A DNA stretch of 36,775 bases from Pseudomonadota bacterium (GTDB lineage Bacteria; Bdellovibrionota_B; Oligoflexia; Oligoflexales; CAIYRB01), in the NCBI GenBank assembly GCA_043781115.1, contig JAYWBY010000202.1, positions 1 to 36,775 on the forward strand. The letters run 5' to 3'. The position numbers were made by a program, and so were the translations under genes. A model generated the notes under the pieces. It saw only the letters and a program-made list of their open reading frames with translations, was not told where the DNA came from and did no database searches. Each line of letters begins with the position of its first letter. The first letter of the stretch is position 1. Below, piece by piece: positions 23,465-31,361 of the stretch.

Positions 23465-26143
23465 TCAGCCGTGGGCGTCGAGCCAGTCCTTGCCGCTGCG
23501 AATGTCGACCTTCAGCGGCACTTTCGTCTCGAAGGCGTGTTCCATCCCCTGGCGGATCAAGGCCGTCGCCTTTTCGACTTCGCTCAGTGGGGCCGAGAAA
23601 ACCAATTCGTCGTGCACCTGCAGCAGCATGCGCGTCTTCATCTTGTTGCGCCGAAAGTCCGCTTGAATACGGATCATCGCCAACTTGATCAAGTCGGCGG
23701 CGCTGCCCTGGATCGGCGCGTTGATGGCGATATTCTCGCCGCGCGCCATCTGACCTTGGTTGGTGTCACCGATTTCTGGAATCGGGCGGCGCCGACCCTT
23801 CATCGTCACGCAGTAGCCCTTTTCCCTCGCCGATTCGACCAGGGTCTCGGTTAGGCGGTAAATTCCGGGATAGACCTCGAAATAGCGTTGAATGAATTCC
23901 TTCGCTTCCGCCAGCGTCACGCCCGTCTCTTGGGCTAGTCGCTGCGGTCCCATGCCGTAGATGATGCCGAAGTTGACCGCCTTGGCGCGCGAGCGCAGGA
24001 CTTGGTCCACGGCGGATTCTTTCACGCCGAAAATCTTCGCGGCAGTGACCGTATGGATGTCCAAGCCTCGCTTGAAGGCATCGATCAGCGACTCGTCGCC
24101 GGCTAGATGCGCCAAAAGGCGGATCTCGACCTGCGAGTAGTCGGCGGAAATGATGACTTCCCCTTCGCGCCCAGGCGTGAAGGCGCGGCGGATCTTCCGG
24201 CCTAGGTCGCTCCGCATCGGGATGTTCTGGAGGTTCGGCTTGTCCGAGCTTAAGCGGCCCGTCGCCGCGACCGTCTGCCGGAAGCTCGTATGAATGCGGC
24301 CCGACTTCGGGTTGATGAACTGGGGCAGCGAATCGACGTAGGTGTTCTTCAGCTTCGACACGGCCCGGTAGTCGAGGATGAGCTGCGGCACGGCGTGGCT
24401 CGCAGCCAAGCGTAGCAGCACGGACTCGTCCGTGCTGAAGCCGGTCTTGGTCTTTTTCATGCGCTTGATGCCGGCTTCATCTTGAAGCTTCAACTTTTCG
24501 AAAAGCAGCTCCTGCAGCTGCTTTGGCGAGTTGATGTTGAACTCTTGGCCGGCCGCTTGGTAGAGATTGGCTTCCACCTTGTTGCCTATGTCAGCCAACT
24601 CGTTCGAGTACTTATCCAGGAATTCGGCGTCAACGTAGATGCCAGTGCGCTCCATCTCGGCGAGGACGGGGATGAGCGGCATCTCGATTTCTTCGAAGAC
24701 CGCCGTCAACCCCATGTTGGCGATACGCGGCAGAATGGCGTCGGCGAGGCGCAAGAGCGTCAACGCTCGGCTCGCCGCGTCGCCCGCGACCGGGAGGTTG
24801 GGGTTGAAGCGGCCGACCAAGGCTTCCGTGGTGTGGTTGTAGTTATTCGGGTCGATGAGGTAGTCGGCTACTTCCAAGTCGACGAGGTTTGGGCCAAGGT
24901 CGATCCCGACGTTGTAGAGACCTTGCCAGGAGGTCTTCAGCGAGTGGCCGATCTTCTTCTTCTCGGGCTTGGTCAAGTAAGGGCGGATGAAGTAGACGCC
25001 CTCTTCGGTGAGCGGCAGCGCGAACGCCGAGCCGTCTTCCGTCGCGAGGCCGAGCAGCGACGGCTTGTCGGCGATGACGTCCGAACCGAAGCCAAACCCT
25101 TCCATGACGAAGGCGAAAGTCTTGGACTGGTCGAGCGCCGCCTTTAGCGAGGCTTGCGTCGCGGCGTCGTCTACGAGCACGCCCGTGGCCAATTCGATCT
25201 TCGCTCCGTCGACGGCGGGCGCGGAATCGATCTTCGCTTTGGCTTTGCCCTCGCTCTTTTCGAGGGTCTTCAGGACCTTGTTGGCCAGCGTTTTGAACTC
25301 GAACCGGTTGTAAAAGGCGGCCAGCTTGGCGTTGTTCGACGCCAAGTCGGGCGAACAAACCAGGTCCGGGAGCTTCAACGGCAGGTGGAGTTCCGTCGCG
25401 AGGGTGACCAGGCGACGAGACAAAAAGGCATCGTCCTTGCACCGCTCGAGGCCTTCCCGCTGCTTTTTCGCCGTGATCTTGTCGAGGTTGGCATAGATGC
25501 CCTCGAGCGACCCGTAGGTCTGTATCAATTGGGCGGCGCCCTTCTCTCCGATGCCTTGTACGCCTGGGACGTTGTCGACCGTGTCGCCGATCAAAGCCAA
25601 GCAGTCGACGACTTGCGCGGGCGTGCAACCGAACTTCTCCTTAACCCCTGCGACGTCGATGATCAGCGCCTCTTCGTTCTTCTTCGGCGCGTACATGAAG
25701 ATGTGATCGCCGATGATCTGCATGAAGTCTTTGTCGCCGGAGACGATGTAAGCGTCGAGATTCGGACCAGCGTAACGTTTGGCGAGCGTGCCGATGACGT
25801 CGTCGGCTTCCATGCCGGGCAGTCGCAGAAGCGGCATGTGAAAGTGCGAGAAGAGTTCGAAGATCAGCGGAATCTGCTGGCCAAGGTCGTCCGGCATCCG
25901 GTCGCGCGTGGCTTTGTACTCTTTGTAGATCTCGTGGCGGAACGTCGGCTCGGGAGTATCGGTGACGGCGACGAGATAGTGCGGGCGCTGCTCTTGGATC
26001 AGCTTGTTCAAGAACATCGCCGAGCCGTAGATTGCGCCGGTCGGCATCCCTTGGCTAGTGGCGAGCGAACTCCGGCCTAAGGCGTAGAAGCTCCTGAAGG
26101 CCAACGCCATCGCATCGATTATAAATAGTCGTTCCTTGGCCAT
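23465..26143 (-). CDS. polA: DNA polymerase I (5' nuclease, 3'-5' exonuclease-like domain, polymerase domain)
   Basis: 892 aa. N-terminal 5'-3' exonuclease (LFIIDAMALAFRSFYA, GDKDFMQ). Pol A motifs DYSQVEIRLLAH, RSRAKAVNFGIIYG and LQVHDELVF. Confidence 0.98.
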   Translation of the reverse strand: MAKERLFIIDAMALAFRSFYALGRSSLATSQGMPTGAIYGSAMFLNKLIQEQRPHYLVAVTDTPEPTFRHEIYKEYKATRDRMPDDLGQQIPLIFELFSHFHMPLLRLPGMEADDVIGTLAKRYAGPNLDAYIVSGDKDFMQIIGDHIFMYAPKKNEEALIIDVAGVKEKFGCTPAQVVDCLALIGDTVDNVPGVQGIGEKGAAQLIQTYGSLEGIYANLDKITAKKQREGLERCKDDAFLSRRLVTLATELHLPLKLPDLVCSPDLASNNAKLAAFYNRFEFKTLANKVLKTLEKSEGKAKAKIDSAPAVDGAKIELATGVLVDDAATQASLKAALDQSKTFAFVMEGFGFGSDVIADKPSLLGLATEDGSAFALPLTEEGVYFIRPYLTKPEKKKIGHSLKTSWQGLYNVGIDLGPNLVDLEVADYLIDPNNYNHTTEALVGRFNPNLPVAGDAASRALTLLRLADAILPRIANMGLTAVFEEIEMPLIPVLAEMERTGIYVDAEFLDKYSNELADIGNKVEANLYQAAGQEFNINSPKQLQELLFEKLKLQDEAGIKRMKKTKTGFSTDESVLLRLAASHAVPQLILDYRAVSKLKNTYVDSLPQFINPKSGRIHTSFRQTVAATGRLSSDKPNLQNIPMRSDLGRKIRRAFTPGREGEVIISADYSQVEIRLLAHLAGDESLIDAFKRGLDIHTVTAAKIFGVKESAVDQVLRSRAKAVNFGIIYGMGPQRLAQETGVTLAEAKEFIQRYFEVYPGIYRLTETLVESAREKGYCVTMKGRRRPIPEIGDTNQGQMARGENIAINAPIQGSAADLIKLAMIRIQADFRRNKMKTRMLLQVHDELVFSAPLSEVEKATALIRQGMEHAFETKVPLKVDIRSGKDWLDAHG

Positions 26144-26200
26144 CTCGCAGGCTTATCAGAAGTTGGGGCGACCGTCGACGGACGTTAGGCGGACATGACG

Positions 26201-26953
26201 TCAAGCCGACTTAAATAAATTGAAGGAACACACTTCCGGGCTGCCATCGGCCAGAATTTCGTTCCATGCCGGCTCGGCGCCCGGATCTTCGGCGTCCTCG
26301 CTCGCCTCTCCGCCGGCGCCTTGGACGTGCAGCCACTCCATGGCGCCTTCAAAGCCCAAACACACCGGCGAGATTTCGGTGCCGAAGGGCCGCATCGCGG
26401 GATGCGGATCGTCCGAGATGATGGCAAATTCGCGGATCAAAGCGCCCGCTTCTTGGCGTTGGCGCAGATCGAAGAGCACCGGCACGAGGAGGGAACTTCC
26501 GGAGGCCGGATTGAAGTTCGCCAGGACCAGACGGTTTTCGCGAGCCGAACCGAACCGCTGCGACGGCACCGCGAAACGGTTGAAGGCGCAGTTGGCTTCG
26601 TGAAGCGGGAGCAGTCCTTGGCCGAGCAGCATGCCGAGGTTCACCCATTCCGAGAAACTTTTTAGGACTAGCAGCCCGTGCTGGTGCGACAGCATGCGCT
26701 CCGCCCACATGTCGCCGCCAAGGCTCGCACGGTGGAGGACGTAAGAATTGAAGGCCATGCGCTCGGCGACGAGGCGACCGCCATTGCCTTGGCGAATGAT
26801 CACCGCCGGGTCATGGGCTTCGATCCGCTTCGGCGGCGCTTCATGCGCTGATGCGGGCCGCTCGTGCCACGCCGTGACGTCATCGAGGCGCGTCAGATTA
26901 AGGCGCGCGGCAATCCGCTCCAACTCAGTTTCAACGATTGCGGAAACACACAT
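26201..26953 (-). CDS. Divergent SRAP (YedK/HMCES-like, SOS-response-associated peptidase) domain protein
   Basis: 250 aa, starting Met-Cys (ATG TGT, with GGAG 6 nt upstream). Collinear with the remembered YedK layout: MC..., ELERIAARLNL, PAVIIRQ.NGGR, LHRASL (where YedK has INARxE), LLVLKSFSEW (where YedK has the FEW glutamate), and FAIISDDPHPAM. Several canonical catalytic positions differ. Confidence 0.5.
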   Translation of the reverse strand: MCVSAIVETELERIAARLNLTRLDDVTAWHERPASAHEAPPKRIEAHDPAVIIRQGNGGRLVAERMAFNSYVLHRASLGGDMWAERMLSHQHGLLVLKSFSEWVNLGMLLGQGLLPLHEANCAFNRFAVPSQRFGSARENRLVLANFNPASGSSLLVPVLFDLRQRQEAGALIREFAIISDDPHPAMRPFGTEISPVCLGFEGAMEWLHVQGAGGEASEDAEDPGAEPAWNEILADGSPEVCSFNLFKSA

Positions 26954-27043
26954 CAGGAACTCCTAGAGCTTTCCCTAGGTTTCGGCGGTATGTGACGACC
27001 GCCTTAGCCCCGGGAGGCAGTGCCCCGCTCATTTTTTAGGCAG

Positions 27044-27073
27044 TTGACCAGTCGAACACGAACTCCCTATAAT
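27044..27073 (+). promoter_or_regulatory. Candidate sigma-70 promoter for the DUF72 gene
   Basis: TTGACC-N18-TATAAT, with the -10 element ending 38 nt upstream of the ATG at 27112. Confidence 0.45.
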
Positions 27074-27111
27074 TCTCGTGACATTCCCCGTTGGTGCCGC
27101 GGAGCTTGGCA

Positions 27112-27936
27112 ATGCCTGAGATTCTTGTCGGGTTCTCCGGTTGGACTTATGCACCTTGGCGAGGGGTCTTCTACCCTCCTAAGTTGGCGCAGAAGCGCGA
27201 GCTAGAGCACGCCAGCAGGCAGGTGAACTCCATCGAGATCAACGGGACGTTCTATCGGCTGCAAAAGCCGGCAACGTTTCAGCAGTGGCATGCGCAAACG
27301 CCGCCCGGCTTCCGCTTCGCCGTCAAGGCTTCGCAGTTCATCACGCACAGGCGCCGCCTGAAAGAGGTCGAGCAGCCGCTGGCGAACTTCTTCGCCTCCG
27401 GTCTCTTGTGCCTGAAGGACAAGCTTGGTCCGCTGCTTTGGCAATTCCCCCCAAACCTACCTTTGGTCGACAGCCGCTTCGAGGACTTCATCGCGCTTTT
27501 GCCGCAGAGCTCCGAGGCCGCAGCAGCCTTGGCCAGCCGCCATGACAGCTTCGTCGAAGGCCGTAGCCACACCGATCCCGGCGGTAGCTACCCCATTCGC
27601 CACGCCTTCGAATTTCGCCATCCGAGTTTTGACGACCCGGATTTTTTTGAAGTTCTCCGGCGTCACAAGATCGCCCTGGTCATCGCCGACGCCGGCGCAC
27701 ATTCGCTGAAGATGGACGAGCCGACGACCGACTTCGTCTACCTCCGCATGCACGGCCAGGATCCCGAATATGTCGACGGTTACACCGACGAGGCGCTGCA
27801 GGCTACCGCCGGGCGCGTGCGCGCTTGGGCCAAGTCCGGCCGCTCGGTCTATGTTTACTTCGACAACGACGAAAAAGCCCATTCCCCGCGTGACGCCAAG
27901 CGGCTCTCCGATATTTTGTCCTTAAAAAACAAATAG
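27112..27936 (+). CDS. DUF72 (YecE-like) family protein
   Basis: In-frame ATG at 27112 (GGAG 7 nt upstream). ILVGFSGWTYAPWRGVFYP, SIEINGTFYRL, FRFAVKASQFITH and LGPLLWQFPP are typical DUF72 blocks. Confidence 0.9.
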   Translation: MPEILVGFSGWTYAPWRGVFYPPKLAQKRELEHASRQVNSIEINGTFYRLQKPATFQQWHAQTPPGFRFAVKASQFITHRRRLKEVEQPLANFFASGLLCLKDKLGPLLWQFPPNLPLVDSRFEDFIALLPQSSEAAAALASRHDSFVEGRSHTDPGGSYPIRHAFEFRHPSFDDPDFFEVLRRHKIALVIADAGAHSLKMDEPTTDFVYLRMHGQDPEYVDGYTDEALQATAGRVRAWAKSGRSVYVYFDNDEKAHSPRDAKRLSDILSLKNK

Positions 27937-28001
27937 TTACTGTTTTACAGAAGCGCTTGGTTGTGCTAAATCAGGCTAGTACCTAGTGGGAGCGCCTTTT
28001 C

Positions 28002-28988
28002 ATGTTCATCGTTACCGGCGGAGCAGGGTTCATCGGCAGCGGTCTCGTGTGGAAGCTCAACGAAGAAGGGCTTCGCGACATCGTCATCGCCGACCGCATG
28101 GGCACCGGCGCCAAGTGGAAGAACTTGGCGAAGCGCCGCTTTTCGACCGTCCTGCACAAGAACGACCTCTTCAAGTGGCTCGCCGAAGTCGGCGTGCGCC
28201 GTGAGGTCGAGGCGGTGTTCCATCTCGGCGCGAGTTCGGCCACGACCGAAACCGACGTCGACTACTTGATGCAGAACAATCTCAATTATTCGATCAACCT
28301 CTGGAATTTCTGCGCCGAGTACGAGGTCCCTTTCATCTACGCCTCGTCGGCGGCGACCTACGGCGACAAGGAAAAGACCTTCGTCGACGACCCCGCCACG
28401 ATGCCCAGCTTGAAGGCGTTGAACCCGTATGGATTCAGCAAGCAAAAGTTCGACGACTGGGCCATGCAGCAGACCAACACGCCACCCTTTTGGGCCGGCC
28501 TCAAATTTTTCAACGTCTACGGACCGCAGGAATACCACAAAGGGTCGCAGTCGAGCGTCGTCTACCAATTCGTGCCGCAAGTCAAAGAGTCGGGCACAAT
28601 AAAGCTTTTCAAATCGTATCGCGATGGCGTCGGGCATGGCGAACAAAAGCGCGACTTTGTTTACGTCAAGGACTGCATCGACGTCTTGTGGCATCTCTAC
28701 GCGAACAAGAATCGCGCCCAGTCGGGGATCTATAACGTCGGTTCGGGCAAGGCGCGGAGCTTCGCCGATCTCGCGAGGGCAACGGCTAAGGCGATGGGCA
28801 AACCCGAGACCCGTCTCGACTTCATCGACATGCCCGAGACCTTGCGCTCCCAGTACCAGTATTTCACGGAAGCGAGCCTCACCAATTTGCGCGAGCGCGC
28901 TGGCTATCAAGCGCCCATGACCAGTATCGAGGATGGCGTTCGAGACTACGTTCAAAAATACCTCGTGGCCGATGACCCGTTCCTTTGA
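28002..28988 (+). CDS. hldD: ADP-L-glycero-D-manno-heptose 6-epimerase
   Basis: 328 aa. MFIVTGGAGFIGS, FHLGASS, ASSAATYG, YGFSK, FFNVYGP.E.HKG and KRDFVYVKD are collinear with E. coli RfaD/HldD. Confidence 0.93.
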   Translation: MFIVTGGAGFIGSGLVWKLNEEGLRDIVIADRMGTGAKWKNLAKRRFSTVLHKNDLFKWLAEVGVRREVEAVFHLGASSATTETDVDYLMQNNLNYSINLWNFCAEYEVPFIYASSAATYGDKEKTFVDDPATMPSLKALNPYGFSKQKFDDWAMQQTNTPPFWAGLKFFNVYGPQEYHKGSQSSVVYQFVPQVKESGTIKLFKSYRDGVGHGEQKRDFVYVKDCIDVLWHLYANKNRAQSGIYNVGSGKARSFADLARATAKAMGKPETRLDFIDMPETLRSQYQYFTEASLTNLRERAGYQAPMTSIEDGVRDYVQKYLVADDPFL

Positions 28989-30309
28989 GTCGCGGCTGAC
29001 GTTGCTCGCTGCTTGGATGTGGCTGGCCTCCTCGGGAACCGCCTCGGCGGTTCCGCCTGAGACGACGTACCACATCGTCAGCGTCGAAATGTCGGGCCTC
29101 GAGCGCACCGACCCCGATTGGCTCGAAAGCTACGTCGACTACCAATTCCCGGCCGAACTCACCGAAGGCGACATTCAGCGGCTCCAACGAAAGTTGATGA
29201 CCACCGGTGTCTTCACCGACGTCAAGATCGTCCCCGAGCCGAGTTTGTCGACTCCGGGCGGCTACCGCATGCACGTCCTGGTCGACGAAAAGTGGACGAC
29301 GATTCCCGTCATCCGGGGCGTCTACGGCGGCGGCACGCCCCTGCGCATTCTAGGCATGTACGACATCCATTCGTTCGGCCGCCTCTTGACGCTCGGCGCC
29401 GAAATGCGCCGTTACGGCGACGCACCGCCGGGCTTCGTCGTCTATGGGCGGGACCCGCGCAGCCATGCCGGCCGCTACTATCTCGGCGCCGAATTCTGGC
29501 GCGATTTCCACCGGCGCACTGTTTACGACCGTGAGGGCGAGCGCTTGGGCGCCGTCAGCACCAATGCCTCCATCAGCCGCGTCAAACTCCTCACGCCTTT
29601 GTCCGCCGAGTCCGGAAGTTACGCATGGAAATACGGCTTCGATTTTGAAGTCGTCCAAGAGGCGCCGTCCGTCTTCGACCCAGAAGGGGACGAGCCCAAG
29701 CGGCCGCCGAAGGACTTGACGGTTTCGAACGAGAGGCGCATCCAGACCAAGGCTTTGCCGACGCTGCTCTTCGACGACATCGAGGTCAACACGATCGAGT
29801 TCGACGGATTGAGAGCCAAATTGAAAGCGGGGCCCCTCATCGACCGGTCGATCGTTCACAGCACCGGCGAGCTGGAAACGTTCTACTACAAAATCTTGCC
29901 GCGGGGTTGGAACGTCGGCGTTCATGCGGTCGCCGGCCAGTCGACTTTCAATTCGCTGCAGAGTCAGTACTTCCTCGGTGGGCTTGATTCGATTCGCGGC
30001 TTGTCGGACGGCGCGCTTTACGGGACGCACGCCACGTGGGCGAACGCGGAACTGCGGCACTTGTTTCTGAAGAGCAAATACCTGTGGCTGCAAAATGCGA
30101 TGTTCGTCGACGCGGGTGGCGCCGGTGAAACGTGGCGCGACGCCAGCCGCGACGTGCGAGCAACGGCGGGAGTCGGTTTGCGCTTCGCCGTGCCGCAGGT
30201 CTACCGGCTTCTCCTCCGGATCGATTACGCGTGGAGCATCGACGGCAGCCATTCGCAGGGCGTGACGGCCGGGATGAATCAGTTTTTCGAGCCTTACACG
30301 CCGCTCTGA
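28972..30309 (+). CDS. Omp85-family outer-membrane protein (single POTRA-like domain plus surface-antigen beta-barrel)
   Basis: ATG 28972 gives the signal peptide MTRSFESRLTLLAAWMWLASSGTASA; ATG 28933 is also possible. POTRA-like HIVSVEMSGLERTDPDWLESYV...VFTDVKIV. Barrel end motifs YFLGGLDSIRG and GVGLRFAVP...LRIDYAW. Overlaps hldD by 17 nt. Confidence 0.78.
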   Translation: MTRSFESRLTLLAAWMWLASSGTASAVPPETTYHIVSVEMSGLERTDPDWLESYVDYQFPAELTEGDIQRLQRKLMTTGVFTDVKIVPEPSLSTPGGYRMHVLVDEKWTTIPVIRGVYGGGTPLRILGMYDIHSFGRLLTLGAEMRRYGDAPPGFVVYGRDPRSHAGRYYLGAEFWRDFHRRTVYDREGERLGAVSTNASISRVKLLTPLSAESGSYAWKYGFDFEVVQEAPSVFDPEGDEPKRPPKDLTVSNERRIQTKALPTLLFDDIEVNTIEFDGLRAKLKAGPLIDRSIVHSTGELETFYYKILPRGWNVGVHAVAGQSTFNSLQSQYFLGGLDSIRGLSDGALYGTHATWANAELRHLFLKSKYLWLQNAMFVDAGGAGETWRDASRDVRATAGVGLRFAVPQVYRLLLRIDYAWSIDGSHSQGVTAGMNQFFEPYTPL

Positions 30310-30313
30310 CTTA

Positions 30314-31168
30314 TCAAGAATTGCGGTTGCACGGCATAGTCTCAGTCACGGCCTTTGTGCCATCGGTCGCAGTCGTCATGCGCCTGACGTTCATTAGATT
30401 GGTGCCAAGCGTGTTGGCCCGCAGCTCGAGGCCTTTGTATTTGTCGGTCTTGGCGTTCGTCACCGTCAACACGGCGTCGGCGTCGGTTTGGCCCCTGGTG
30501 ATGGCCACTGAGCCTGTCATCCAGATGCTCTCGCGGCCGCCGCGTGGGTCGAAGACGTCGAGGGCGAAGGACGTCTCGTCCTTGACGGTGATCTTCCAAG
30601 AAAAACTGTTGATGCCGCTGCAGATCCAGTCGCCGACGACGGCATCGGCCGCGGGTTGATCGGTGCCGTCCGCGGTTCCGGTTCCGGTCGTAGCTTTGCC
30701 TCGAACGAGGCGCAACGTGATGCGGTCGTTGTAGAGCTCAAGGGCGTCACCGACCAGGTCGTAACTCATGTCCGTGCTGGTGTTAGGCAGTCCGACGGTC
30801 GACAGGTTGGACGTCGTGACGTCGAGAAGGAGGTCTTTGCCTTGGAAGTCATGGTACGTGCCTTTGACCTCCACTTTTTCGAGAAGAGGCAAAGTGAAAG
30901 TGAACGTGCCGGTCTTGGCTTTGTCGTCCGCTGGGATGAAGTTGGCGACGGCGGACGTCTCACGAAGACTCGAACCTTCATCGGCGACTTTGTTCTTATA
31001 GTTGCCCTTCCAGTCCCCGACGATCCACGAAGACTGGGCTTCGGCGTCCGCGCCCGTCGCGCCAGGCAACCCGCCTGAGACGCCCGAGCCGCCGCTGCAT
31101 CCGTAACCGACCAGAAGCAGTAGCGGGAAGAATGGGAATTTGATGCTTAACCAAGCGGATTTGGGCAT
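30314..31168 (-). CDS. Hypothetical lipoprotein with an internal two-domain duplication
   Basis: 284 aa. Lipobox LLLVGYG|C. Two similar halves begin WIVGDWKGNYKN and AVVGDWICSGIN. GGAG lies 7 nt upstream of the ATG. Confidence 0.72.
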   Translation of the reverse strand: MPKSAWLSIKFPFFPLLLLVGYGCSGGSGVSGGLPGATGADAEAQSSWIVGDWKGNYKNKVADEGSSLRETSAVANFIPADDKAKTGTFTFTLPLLEKVEVKGTYHDFQGKDLLLDVTTSNLSTVGLPNTSTDMSYDLVGDALELYNDRITLRLVRGKATTGTGTADGTDQPAADAVVGDWICSGINSFSWKITVKDETSFALDVFDPRGGRESIWMTGSVAITRGQTDADAVLTVTNAKTDKYKGLELRANTLGTNLMNVRRMTTATDGTKAVTETMPCNRNS

Positions 31169-31361
31169 GGCGAGGCTCCGAGTCGTGATCGAACTTCATT
31201 CTATCACGTTCCGGAGCCACTCTAACCGCGCCGTCCTCTAACAGCCTCCGCCCGAAGCAAAGGTTTCGCCGCCGGCGTCGGGGAAGCCGCCGTCTTGGAA
31301 GCCGTCGAAACCCTGGGGTTGTTCGGGGCCGCCACCAAGACCGGGAAAATGCTCTAAGAGG

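Noticed and set aside
27940-27960. CTGT-N3-ACAG and TTAC repeats after the DUF72 stop, considered as a LexA box or a terminator.
   Set aside because: The spacing does not fit the CTGT-N8-ACAG or TTAC-N3-GTAA operator types I remember. The stem is only 4 bp and is not followed by a convincing U-tract.
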